A DNA stretch of 64,000 nucleotides from Escherichia coli. Lineage in GTDB: Bacteria > Pseudomonadota > Gammaproteobacteria > Enterobacterales > Enterobacteriaceae. The DNA lies in assembly GCF_051903065.1 (NCBI RefSeq), contig NZ_CP178440.1; one strand, 5' to 3'. The position numbers and the translations under genes are program-made. The number at the start of each line of letters is the position of its first letter. The first letter of the stretch is position 1. Under the pieces are notes generated by a model that saw nothing but the letters and a program-made list of their open reading frames with translations, was not told where the DNA came from and did not search any database. Shown one piece after another: positions 11,286-22,083 of the stretch.

Positions 11286-12647
11286 ATGACATTAGCAGCC
11301 ATCACCATGACCGCCCCGGAAGCCGCCAGCCCTGTGCAGATGTACCGCGCGACCTACTCACCGGATGACAACAAACTGCGCCTGTATGCCGCGTCACGCC
11401 TCGACCCGGAGACGTATAAAAAAGTGCATGATGCTGGTTTTCGCTGGGCACCCAAACAGGCGCTGTTTGTCGCGCCGGCCTGGACACCGGGCCGGGAAGA
11501 CGTGCTCCTCTCACTTGCCGGAGAGATTGAGGATGAAGACAGCACGCTCGCTGAACGTCAGGAAGCACGGGCGGAGCGGTTTACCGGATACAGCGGAAAG
11601 CGGGCCAGTGAATCCGCACAGGCACTTGATGAAGTGGAAAGACTGGCCGCGATGATCCCGCCCGGTCAGCCCATTCTTGTGGGGCATCACAGCGAACGCC
11701 GCGCCCGTCGTGATGCGCAGCGTATTGAAAACGGCATGAAACGTGCCGTGATGCTCTTTGAACGTGCGGAATACTGGGAAGAACGCGCGCGGTCGGCACT
11801 GCTTCACGCGAAGTATAAAGAACGTCCGGACGTTCGCTGGCGTCGTATCAAAAAAATCGAAGCTGATTTGCGCAAGGCTGAAAAGACCATTGCACAGTCG
11901 CAGAAATATCTGACGATGTGGCGGGCTGAATCGCTGGATCTGAATATGGCAAAACTCATCAGCAGTCATGACCATATCAGCGCCTGTTTCCCGCTGGATA
12001 CGTATCCGCGCCCGGCAGAAAAAAGCCAGTATGAAGGAAGTCGATCGTTATGGTCGGCCCTGGATGATGACATCATCACCACGGAGCAGGCCCGCGAAAT
12101 TGCGATCCGCTGTCATGAACGGCAGATCCAGCGTCAGCAACGCTGGGTTAACCACTATCAGAACCGCCTGATCTATGAGCGTGCCATGCTGGACGAAAGC
12201 GGCGGCGTGGTTACCCGGACACAGGATTTTGAGCCGGGCGGACAGGTTTTCAGCCGGGGCGAGTGGCTGACCATCATCCGTGTGAACAAAAGCAACGGGG
12301 CGGTGAGTTCAGTCACAACGCCAAATTACAGTTTTCTCGGGTACAGCGGCACGATGAAAGTGACGCCCGATCGCATCACGGACTACAAAGCACCATCGGC
12401 AGAAGAGGCTGCCGTCGCCAGTCAGGCCGCGAAGCGTCCGCCGGTAGTCAACTATCCGGGGGAAGGTTTCCGGGAAATGACAAAGGCACAGTGGGCCGCC
12501 CTGCCCCGGGACTGTAAGGCCGTGCGCAGTGTGGCAGAAGCAGAAGACCACGGGGCATACCGCTACCGCCGCACAATGGACAATAATTTCCGCCTGGTGA
12601 ATGTGTATATCACCGACATGAAAATCACGGAAATTCCACAGAAATAA
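11286..12647 (+). CDS. Hypothetical large leading-region protein (453 aa)
   Basis: ORF with RBS ggaaggagaacattttATG; conserved in IncF leading regions as far as I recall; function unknown. Confidence 0.6.
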   Translation: MTLAAITMTAPEAASPVQMYRATYSPDDNKLRLYAASRLDPETYKKVHDAGFRWAPKQALFVAPAWTPGREDVLLSLAGEIEDEDSTLAERQEARAERFTGYSGKRASESAQALDEVERLAAMIPPGQPILVGHHSERRARRDAQRIENGMKRAVMLFERAEYWEERARSALLHAKYKERPDVRWRRIKKIEADLRKAEKTIAQSQKYLTMWRAESLDLNMAKLISSHDHISACFPLDTYPRPAEKSQYEGSRSLWSALDDDIITTEQAREIAIRCHERQIQRQQRWVNHYQNRLIYERAMLDESGGVVTRTQDFEPGGQVFSRGEWLTIIRVNKSNGAVSSVTTPNYSFLGYSGTMKVTPDRITDYKAPSAEEAAVASQAAKRPPVVNYPGEGFREMTKAQWAALPRDCKAVRSVAEAEDHGAYRYRRTMDNNFRLVNVYITDMKITEIPQK

Positions 12648-12694
12648 GGTATATCCCCCCGGGAAAATCCCCGGGGGATGACGGAGATAATGAC

Positions 12695-13258
12695 ATGCAC
12701 AGTCAGTTAAGAGAACGTATCCGGCTGATGCGCGCAAGGCTGGATAACGCCGCGCCGGTTGCTGAAATCCGGGCTGAATCTCAGCTTTTTGTGACTCCTG
12801 CCCCGGTCTGTGATCGCCTGGTGATGCTGGCGGAGATCAGCAACCGTGATCACATTCTGGAACCCTCTGCCGGCACCGGGGCCATACTGCGGGCGATTCG
12901 GGATACCGCGCCGGGGGCCATGTGTGATGCGGTGGAAATCAACAGCGGGCTGGTCCGGTATCTGCGGGAAAATTTTAACGGTGTCAGGGTTCAGTGTGGC
13001 GACTTCATGGAATGGCAGCCGGCGCAGTATTACAGCCGGGTTATCATGAATCCGCCGTTCAGCCACGGGCAGGATATCCGGCATATCCTGCGGGCCTTTT
13101 CCCTGTTGCGTCCGGGTGGCGTGCTGGTCGCCGTCTGTCTCAACGGACCACGCCAGCAGGAGAAGCTGTTACCGTTTTCTGACGTCCGCGAGGAGCTGCC
13201 GCGCGGCACGTTTGCTTATACCGATGTCCCGACGATGATTATTCGTCTGCGTGCCTGA
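12695..13258 (+). CDS. Small putative AdoMet-dependent methyltransferase (187 aa), gamma-like motif order (EPSAGTG then NPPF)
   Basis: Motifs read in translation; too short to include an obvious target-recognition domain. Confidence 0.6.
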   Translation: MHSQLRERIRLMRARLDNAAPVAEIRAESQLFVTPAPVCDRLVMLAEISNRDHILEPSAGTGAILRAIRDTAPGAMCDAVEINSGLVRYLRENFNGVRVQCGDFMEWQPAQYYSRVIMNPPFSHGQDIRHILRAFSLLRPGGVLVAVCLNGPRQQEKLLPFSDVREELPRGTFAYTDVPTMIIRLRA

Positions 13259-13464
13259 AGACGCCGGGCAGGCGGGAGGATAAATGCCCGTCTGCCCGCG
13301 CCGGGAAAAGACCGCGCGCCGGTGGCGCTGAAAGGGGCCGCGCTCACGCGCCGCCCCTTTCATTACGCGGACGTTCTGATGGGGGCTTCTGTTTCTTCAT
13401 GCCTGTCATTTGTCTGTTACTGATGTTGTTGTTCCTGCTACTGCTACTGTTCTTCTTTTTCCTG

Positions 13465-14074
13465 CTGCTCTGATTCTGACTACTGCAGTGTTGTCCCGTC
13501 TGCCGGGCGCACCTTCGGCTCCCGGCTGCCTGGCGGCATCCGGTCGTCAGGCCCGACTCCGACAGGCAGCTGCTGGCGCACCTGCCAGTCTCCGCCGAAC
13601 CCGCTGGCGCGGTTTCGGGCTGTCGCTACGGTCCGATGCGTGAAAACCCCGGGCTTGCAGCGACCGTTCCGGTCGCGCCGCCTCTGTCGCGCCGTGGCCT
13701 GCGCTCCTGGCATCCCGGCAAAAGGCCGCCGGGATGTAAGGCGCAACGCCGTTTCGCAAACCGCGCTTCACGTCGTTGCGGCGGGTCCCTGCCCGTTGTT
13801 GTGTCCGGTGCCATTCACCTGTTTAAGCCCCTGTCGCCGGGGGCATAGACAGCCACAACCGTCTCCGCCAGTCCAGGGGTGAAATGCACATCCCGCAAAA
13901 CTTTTTGCCCGGAAGCAGGCAAAAACTTTTGCGGTCTGCCCCCGGACAGTCGTTTCCGGCCGTGGCAGTGATGCCCCTTGCGGCGAAGGTTCTCAAACAG
14001 GTGATGGTGAATACCGGAGGGAACAAAGAGCAGGTCCCCGCAAAACGTCAAAACCGCGGCTCCCGAAACTCAAC
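13465..14074 (+). promoter_or_regulatory. Frpo/ssi-like structured repeat, copy B, immediately upstream of ssb
   Basis: 610 bp, nearly identical to copy C (a few mismatches), more diverged from copy A; inverted repeat cgcaaaactttttgcc / ggcaaaaacttttgcg. Confidence 0.65.
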
Positions 14075-14115
14075 AGATGATGGGGGCTGAAAACATCAAC
14101 AGAAGGAGACACATC

Positions 14116-14951
<836 letters not shown>

Positions 14952-15016
14952 GAGAGGTGCCGGACGGGGACACGTCCGGCAGACAATCATTATTACCGTT
15001 TTGGGAGGTACTAACT

Positions 15017-15591
15017 ATGTCAGTTACAGAGTCTAAGGCAAAAACGGAGCGTAAATCCAGCCGTAAACCTGCAAAAACGCAGGAAACAGTCCTGTCTGCC
15101 CTGCTGGCGGAGACGGCTGAAGTGAGCGTGCCGCTGGCCTCGCTGATTAAGTCACCGCTGAATGTGCGCACGGTGCCGTATTCTGCGGAGTCCGTCAGCG
15201 AACTGGCAGAGTCCATTAAAGGTGTCGGCCTGCTGCAGAATCTGGTTGTCCATGCCCTGCCTGGTGACCGTTACGGTGTCGCCGCAGGTGGTCGCAGGCT
15301 GGCGGCACTCAATATGCTGGCAGAGCGTGGCATCCTTCCGGCTGACTGGCCTGTCCGCGTGAAGGTCATCCCGCAGGAACTGGCGACGGCGGCATCGATG
15401 ACCGAGAACGGTCATCGTCGGGATATGCACCCTGCCGAACAGATTTCCGGATTCCGTGCAATGGCGCAGGAAGGCAAAACACCTGCACAAATCGGTGATT
15501 TGCTGGGCTATTCACCCCGCCATGTCCAGCGAATGCTGAAACTGGCAGACCTTGCGCCTGTCATCCTCGATGCGCTGGCAGAAGACCGCAT
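15017..15591 (+). pseudogene. ParB-like leading-region gene, N-terminal fragment interrupted by IS26 copy 2
   Basis: ORF runs without a stop into the IS26 left inverted repeat at 15592; remainder resumes in frame at 20742. Confidence 0.6.
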
Positions 15592-16411
15592 GGCACTGTT
15601 GCAAATAGTCGGTGGTGATAAACTTATCATCCCCTTTTGCTGATGGAGCTGCACATGAACCCATTCAAAGGCCGGCATTTTCAGCGTGACATCATTCTGT
15701 GGGCCGTACGCTGGTACTGCAAATACGGCATCAGTTACCGTGAGCTGCAGGAGATGCTGGCTGAACGCGGAGTGAATGTCGATCACTCCACGATTTACCG
15801 CTGGGTTCAGCGTTATGCGCCTGAAATGGAAAAACGGCTGCGCTGGTACTGGCGTAACCCTTCCGATCTTTGCCCGTGGCACATGGATGAAACCTACGTG
15901 AAGGTCAATGGCCGCTGGGCGTATCTGTACCGGGCCGTCGACAGCCGGGGCCGCACTGTCGATTTTTATCTCTCCTCCCGTCGTAACAGCAAAGCTGCAT
16001 ACCGGTTTCTGGGTAAAATCCTCAACAACGTGAAGAAGTGGCAGATCCCGCGATTCATCAACACGGATAAAGCGCCCGCCTATGGTCGCGCGCTTGCTCT
16101 GCTCAAACGCGAAGGCCGGTGCCCGTCTGACGTTGAACACCGACAGATTAAGTACCGGAACAACGTGATTGAATGCGATCATGGCAAACTGAAACGGATA
16201 ATCAACGCCACGCTGGGATTTAAATCCATGAAGACGGCTTACGCCACCATCAAAGGTATTGAGGTGATGCGTGCACTACGCAAAGGCCAGGCCTCAGCAT
16301 TTTATTATGGTGATCCCCTGGGCGAAATGCGCCTGGTAAGCAGAGTTTTTGAAATGTAAGGCCTTTGAATAAGACAAAAGGCTGCCTCATCGCTAACTTT
16401 GCAACAGTGCC
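15592..16411 (+). mobile_element. IS26 copy 2 (820 bp)
   Basis: Exact 14-bp terminal inverted repeats; flanking 8-mers gaccgcat and ttgtgaac. Confidence 0.95.
15655..16359 (+). CDS. tnpA: IS26 transposase
   Basis: Identical translation to the other copies. Confidence 0.95.
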   Translation: MNPFKGRHFQRDIILWAVRWYCKYGISYRELQEMLAERGVNVDHSTIYRWVQRYAPEMEKRLRWYWRNPSDLCPWHMDETYVKVNGRWAYLYRAVDSRGRTVDFYLSSRRNSKAAYRFLGKILNNVKKWQIPRFINTDKAPAYGRALALLKREGRCPSDVEHRQIKYRNNVIECDHGKLKRIINATLGFKSMKTAYATIKGIEVMRALRKGQASAFYYGDPLGEMRLVSRVFEM

Positions 16412-16907
16412 TTGTGAACCTTATTGATGATCGTACCGATGATATTTTGTATGGAAGGCCATGGTACAAAAAATGGACGATGGGGAGAATGATCTCATTT
16501 AACACATCTTCGCCTTACGCCAATGCTAATGGAAGATTAAGAAAGTGGGCAAAAAATAATAATATCAGTTTAAAGTAAGCATCAGAATGAAATTATATGG
16601 ACGAAAAATTTCTCTATTAACTGCACCATGGCTGGTAAAATCTCTTACCCTTGATGAAAATACAGGTTCCGTTACTGTTACGGTCGGAATCGCTGAAAAT
16701 ACCTATAACCATCGTAAATGGTTCCACTTTGATACCTGCCTGTTCATTACCCAGTGCGCCGTAAAGCCCCGTCCTTCAGGGCGTGGAGGATGTCAAATTA
16801 GTAGAAGCCGATGCTGGGAGCAATGTTCCACTACGGGAAGCTGAATATGGCGTTCTGAGCCTTCCTACAATTATCGGGGAAGCCCCATCTGCGTACTCCG
16901 GATTTTT

Positions 16908-17035
16908 GTTTATATGATCATGGGATTATATGATTATATCATTTTGTAACTATTTGATTATGTAATTTTATGATTGCATAATTTTATGAATATGAGATTA
17001 TTTGAATACTTGGCAGAGGTACTATTTGAACAAAG
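16908..17035. promoter_or_regulatory. Array of about 7 degenerate AT-rich direct repeats (TT(A/T)TGA(T/A)T) upstream of parA; candidate centromere/operator
   Basis: ttatatgatca, ttatatgattat, tttgattatgt, ttttatgattg, ttttatgaata, ttatttgaata, tatttgaaca read at roughly 11-12 bp spacing. Confidence 0.5.
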
Positions 17036-17046
17036 GGGAGAGGTGA

Positions 17047-17670
17047 ATGCCTAACGTGATAGCATTTTTAAATGGTAAGGGGGGGGTGTCTAAGACAACC
17101 TCGGCAGTTAATATTGCTACTGCTCTTGCTCGTAAGGGTTACAAAGTTGTTGTTGTGGATACCGATCCCCAGGGAAGTGTTAGTAACTGGTATGATGACA
17201 GTAAGTGTGTTTTTGATGTAGCGGAAGCTACGGCAGAAAAAGAAATTTACCGTTTGCGGAAGGCGCTTCCTTTGCACGATTTTATCATTATTGATGGTGC
17301 TGCTGCGATTTCGGCGATATCGGCGGCTGCTGTTATGGTTTCTGATCTTGTTATTATTCCAGTTACTCCTTCGCCGCTTGATTTTGCTGCGTGTGGCGCG
17401 ATATTGGCAGTGATAGAAGCTCGTCAGGATTTACGCCCGGTGATTGCTCGCTTTTTGATTACTAAAAAAGTACAGCAAACGCATATGTTATCTTTGCTGA
17501 AAGAATCTATTGCAGAAACAAGCATACCAGCATTAAAAACAGGAACGTCGTACAGGCAGTCATATATAAGATCTATGCTGGATGGTGGTACTATATTTGA
17601 TACAAAAGATAGTGCTGCTAAAGGTGAAATATCAGTTATTACAGAAGAAATACTTGGACTATTAAAATGA
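17047..17670 (+). CDS. ParA-family partition ATPase (small, type Ib-like)
   Basis: Deviant Walker [11 protein letters not shown] at N-terminus, 207 aa. Confidence 0.85.
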   Translation: MPNVIAFLNGKGGVSKTTSAVNIATALARKGYKVVVVDTDPQGSVSNWYDDSKCVFDVAEATAEKEIYRLRKALPLHDFIIIDGAAAISAISAAAVMVSDLVIIPVTPSPLDFAACGAILAVIEARQDLRPVIARFLITKKVQQTHMLSLLKESIAETSIPALKTGTSYRQSYIRSMLDGGTIFDTKDSAAKGEISVITEEILGLLK

Positions 17671-17873
17671 GTAAAATGAAACTTGGGAATCATAAGGCAA
17701 CAAACACTGCTCTGGATGCACTGAAGAAACCTGCGGGAGCAACCAGAAAGTTACAAATGAATATTCCAGAAGAGTTACATCTTGCATTTAAATTAGCTTG
17801 TGTGGAAGATGGCATTGATATGACACAGGTAAATATAGAACTCATTCAAAACTGGTTAAAGAGTCGTAACTGA
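17667..17873 (+). CDS. Small partition partner protein (ParG-like, probable ribbon-helix-helix centromere binder)
   Basis: 68-aa ORF overlapping parA stop; basic N-terminal tail then short structured domain. Confidence 0.5.
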   Translation: MSKMKLGNHKATNTALDALKKPAGATRKLQMNIPEELHLAFKLACVEDGIDMTQVNIELIQNWLKSRN

Positions 17874-18182
17874 TAGTGTTTCAGCCAGTCGTAATCTGCG
17901 ACGCAAACAAAAAGCGCTGTCCCGCAAGCTCAATGCGGCACTCAACATCCGGCAAAAAGGAATACAGGAACTACAGGCGACGGGACTCGTCGTCACTGCC
18001 CATGGAGACCAGCGTAAATCCGTCGTACAGAAGAGGATAAAATGGGAGAGCAGTTATCGATTCCCTATCCGGGCAGCCCGTTTACGGGCCGTAAGTAACG
18101 AAGTTGGATGCAAATGTCAGATCGTGTGCGCCTGTTAGGGCGCGGCTGGTAAGAGAGCCTTATAGGCGCATTTGAAAAACCT

Positions 18183-18206
18183 CCGGCTATGCCGGAGGAT
18201 ATTTAT
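18183..18206. terminator. Bidirectional rho-independent terminator hairpin (cctccggc ... gccggagg) flanked by A/T runs
   Basis: Perfect stem with T-run on the minus strand about 80 nt downstream of the adhesin stop. Confidence 0.5.
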
Positions 18207-18284
18207 TTATCGAGTTCGGTGACCGCCTGGACGGTCACTTCTGAGACAAGGCATTTACACAGAATCTTAAACAGGCTCGCTAAT

Positions 18285-19775
18285 TTACCACCCAATGGCA
18301 AAACCAGCTCCTAAGTTTGTATCACCACCATTGTTCCATGATGTGTTGACTCGTATGTTAGCATTCTGGCTCACTTTATATTGAACTCCGGCTGCGATTG
18401 CTTGAGCATCACGATAATGCCCCACGCCCATACCAAATGAAAAGCGCTCATTATTAACATAAGGAATTGATGAAATAGCGGTAACTCCGGCAATACCCGC
18501 ATTAGCACGCTTTTCGACTCTATCTATTTTTTTATTCATTTGTGAGAATCTTTGCTCATTTTTCTGCTGTAAATCATTTAATGTTTTATTGAAGTTTTTA
18601 CCTAATGTATCAACGCTAGATGCAGTATATTTGTTTGCCATTTCTAGAGTGTTTAAATCACCTTGTTCACGGAGTCTTTTCTCTTCATTGATTGCACTTG
18701 TTCTGGCTTTTTTTTCTTCATTTATTCTTGCAACTACTGATTTGCTGGGGTCTTTTTCTATATTTTTAATTTCATCTTCACTCATGCCTATAGCTTTAGT
18801 GACAACATCTAATTGGGACATATTCACAGCATCTGTAGGATTTACGCCCCCGGCAAGATTCGTGATTCTTCTGTTTATCATGGGCTCTGTCGTTGTTGCT
18901 TCCCTTCCTAAAGATACAACACCATTCTTACTATCTGTGTTCTCTACAGCGGTATATTTAGATACAGTATCATCATATTGATTATGCGTTTTCGATCTTG
19001 CCCCAAGAGCAATACTGCCTTTTGAATTAGACTCAGATAAATATCCAATGGAAACAGAATCAGTTTCCTGAGAGGCTGAATATGATCCTAATGCAATACT
19101 ATTTTTACCAATGGAATGAGACTCTAATCCTATGGCAGAACTGCCAGAGCCAATTGATAATGATTGACTACCCAATGCTGTACCAAATTCACCAACCACC
19201 GTCGAAAAGGAACCTACTGCCGTTCCTTCAATATTGTGGGAACTTGATTTATATCCCATTACAGATGACGCATATTGATTCCCATATTTCTCCTTAGCAT
19301 GAGGATCAACAGATGAGTCAACAGAAATATGTCCATCAGCGGATACTGTTATTTTTTTACCACTCACATCTAAGGATGAATTATTTTCAGGCAATTTAGT
19401 TACTGAAGCTTTGTTACCGATTAAAGTTGAATAGTTTCCTTCTGAATCAATTTTCGATCTGGATCCAACTATAGTCGAAAAAGTCCCTGCTTCTGTTGCA
19501 GAATCGTATCCTATTACTACTGATGCTCCTGCTCCTCCTTTTTCTGGTATATTCAAAGACTTAGAATTTGGACCTATTACTACTGAGAAATTTTGTTCTG
19601 ATCTTGTAGCATCACCAATTCCCTTACCAATAGCGATACTGCCAATACCTGAAGATTCTGTATTATCCGCACCAATAGCTATAGATGAGTAGCCTTTAGG
19701 ATTAGCAGCAAAAGAACAAAGGCTAACACCAGATAATGTTAATAGTATAGATGATAAAATTAATTTATTATTCAT
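18285..19775 (-). CDS. Trimeric autotransporter adhesin (YadA-like head repeats, coiled-coil stalk, C-terminal beta-barrel anchor)
   Basis: Signal peptide MNNKLILSSILLTLSGVSLCSFA, repetitive SIAIG/SxGxxS head motifs, heptad-rich stalk, C-terminal anchor ending GAGFAIGW. Confidence 0.8.
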   Translation of the reverse strand: MNNKLILSSILLTLSGVSLCSFAANPKGYSSIAIGADNTESSGIGSIAIGKGIGDATRSEQNFSVVIGPNSKSLNIPEKGGAGASVVIGYDSATEAGTFSTIVGSRSKIDSEGNYSTLIGNKASVTKLPENNSSLDVSGKKITVSADGHISVDSSVDPHAKEKYGNQYASSVMGYKSSSHNIEGTAVGSFSTVVGEFGTALGSQSLSIGSGSSAIGLESHSIGKNSIALGSYSASQETDSVSIGYLSESNSKGSIALGARSKTHNQYDDTVSKYTAVENTDSKNGVVSLGREATTTEPMINRRITNLAGGVNPTDAVNMSQLDVVTKAIGMSEDEIKNIEKDPSKSVVARINEEKKARTSAINEEKRLREQGDLNTLEMANKYTASSVDTLGKNFNKTLNDLQQKNEQRFSQMNKKIDRVEKRANAGIAGVTAISSIPYVNNERFSFGMGVGHYRDAQAIAAGVQYKVSQNANIRVNTSWNNGGDTNLGAGFAIGW

Positions 19776-19921
19776 AGCAACATATCCCACCAAAGTAGAT
19801 AGATTATCGTTATTCCTCGATAAATAAATTGCAATGTAAGATACATTAATCTTAACAATGTGTTAACATAAGAGGCTGTTAACACATTTAGTTTATAACA
19901 TAAAACATCATAAATATTAAG

Positions 19922-20741
19922 GGCACTGTTGCAAATAGTCGGTGGTGATAAACTTATCATCCCCTTTTGCTGATGGAGCTGCACATGAACCCATTCAAAG
20001 GCCGGCATTTTCAGCGTGACATCATTCTGTGGGCCGTACGCTGGTACTGCAAATACGGCATCAGTTACCGTGAGCTGCAGGAGATGCTGGCTGAACGCGG
20101 AGTGAATGTCGATCACTCCACGATTTACCGCTGGGTTCAGCGTTATGCGCCTGAAATGGAAAAACGGCTGCGCTGGTACTGGCGTAACCCTTCCGATCTT
20201 TGCCCGTGGCACATGGATGAAACCTACGTGAAGGTCAATGGCCGCTGGGCGTATCTGTACCGGGCCGTCGACAGCCGGGGCCGCACTGTCGATTTTTATC
20301 TCTCCTCCCGTCGTAACAGCAAAGCTGCATACCGGTTTCTGGGTAAAATCCTCAACAACGTGAAGAAGTGGCAGATCCCGCGATTCATCAACACGGATAA
20401 AGCGCCCGCCTATGGTCGCGCGCTTGCTCTGCTCAAACGCGAAGGCCGGTGCCCGTCTGACGTTGAACACCGACAGATTAAGTACCGGAACAACGTGATT
20501 GAATGCGATCATGGCAAACTGAAACGGATAATCAACGCCACGCTGGGATTTAAATCCATGAAGACGGCTTACGCCACCATCAAAGGTATTGAGGTGATGC
20601 GTGCACTACGCAAAGGCCAGGCCTCAGCATTTTATTATGGTGATCCCCTGGGCGAAATGCGCCTGGTAAGCAGAGTTTTTGAAATGTAAGGCCTTTGAAT
20701 AAGACAAAAGGCTGCCTCATCGCTAACTTTGCAACAGTGCC
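19922..20741 (+). mobile_element. IS26 copy 3 (820 bp), same orientation as copy 2
   Basis: Exact terminal inverted repeats; flanking 8-mers atattaag and accggaag. Confidence 0.95.
19985..20689 (+). CDS. tnpA: IS26 transposase
   Basis: Identical translation to the other copies. Confidence 0.95.
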   Translation: MNPFKGRHFQRDIILWAVRWYCKYGISYRELQEMLAERGVNVDHSTIYRWVQRYAPEMEKRLRWYWRNPSDLCPWHMDETYVKVNGRWAYLYRAVDSRGRTVDFYLSSRRNSKAAYRFLGKILNNVKKWQIPRFINTDKAPAYGRALALLKREGRCPSDVEHRQIKYRNNVIECDHGKLKRIINATLGFKSMKTAYATIKGIEVMRALRKGQASAFYYGDPLGEMRLVSRVFEM

Positions 20742-22029
20742 ACCGGAAGTACAGACCATTCGTCGTCTGGTGACCGAAAGTGAAGTGGCGGTGGCGGGGA
20801 ACAGTAAATTCCGCTTCGTGGGGGCTGATGCCTTCTCGCCAGACGAACTGCGCACCGATTTGTTCAGCGATGACGGGGACGGTTATGTCGACCGCGTGGC
20901 GCTCGATGCTGCCCTGCTGGAAAAACTCCAGGCTGTCGCAGAGTTCCTTCGGGAAGCCGAGGGCTGGGGATGGTGCGCCGGACGCATGGAGCCTGTCGGT
21001 GAATGCCGTGAAGATGCCCGGGCATACCGCAACCTGCCGGAGCCGGAAGCGGTGCTGACGGAGGCGGAAGAAGAACACCTGAACGAACTGATGGCACGTT
21101 ACGACGCGCTGGAAAACCAGTGTGAGGAATCTGACCTGCTGGCAGCAGAAATGAAGCTGATTGACTGCATGGCGAAGGTCAGGGCGTGGACGCCGGAGAT
21201 GCGTGCCGGAAGTGGCGTGGTGGTGTCCTGGCGTTACGGTAATGTGTGTATCCAGCGTGGTGTGCAGTTGCGCAGTGAGGATGATGTGGCTGACGACGCT
21301 GACCGCACGGAACAGGGGCTGGAGAGCGCGTCAGTGGAGGAAATCAGTCTGCCGTTGCTGACTAAACTGACCTCAGAGCGCACGCTGGCAGTCCAGGCAG
21401 CACTGATGCAGCAACCGGACAAATCCCTGGCACTGCTGGCATGGACGCTCTGCCTGAATGTGTTTGACAGCAAAGCGCACTGTAGTCCCGCCAGAATTCG
21501 CCTGGCATGTGAGCATTATGCGCTGACCAGCGATGCACCGTCGGGGAAGGAAGGTGCCGCATTCATGGCGCTGATGGCAGAACACTCTCGTTTTGCTGCC
21601 CTGCTGCCGGAAGGATGGGAACGGGATATGACGACGTTCCTGTCACTCAGCCAGGAGGTGCTGTTATCCCTGCTCAGCTTCTGTACCGCGTGCAGTCTTA
21701 ACGGTGTCCAGACCCGAGAGTGTGGTCACACGTCACGCAGTCCGCTTGACTCGCTGGAAACCGCCATCGGCTTTCACATGCGCGACTGGTGGCAGCCGAC
21801 AAAAGCAAACTTCTTCGGACACCTGAAAAAGCCGCAGATTATCGCAGCTCTGAATGAGGCAGGACTGTCCGGTGCCGCACGGGACGCGGAGAAGATGAAG
21901 AAAGGCGATGCGGCTGAACATGCAGAGTTCCATATGAAAGACAACCGCTGGGTGCCTGGCTGGATGTGTGCACCACGTCCACAGACGGATACCACTGAAC
22001 GCACCGATAACCTGGCTGATGCCGCCTGA
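20742..22029 (+). pseudogene. ParB-like leading-region gene, C-terminal fragment (continues the frame interrupted at 15591)
   Basis: Open frame begins exactly at the IS26 boundary; joining 15591 to 20742 gives codon ata and an uninterrupted frame. Confidence 0.6.
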
Positions 22030-22083
22030 TGAACAACCACACCGCCCCGCCGGAGACGGGGCGGCAGCAAGGGAGATACCGTG

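Noticed and set aside
17880-18140. Possible TnpB/IS605-family C-terminal fragment (hand translation containing KLNAALNI) between parG-like gene and the adhesin
   Set aside because: Only a short motif resemblance from a hand translation whose frame I could not keep consistent; too weak to annotate without a search.
20695-22029. 444-aa ORF starting inside IS26 copy 3
   Set aside because: The first 47 nt are IS26 terminal sequence; the real coding sequence is the C-terminal fragment of the interrupted ParB-like gene beginning at 20742.
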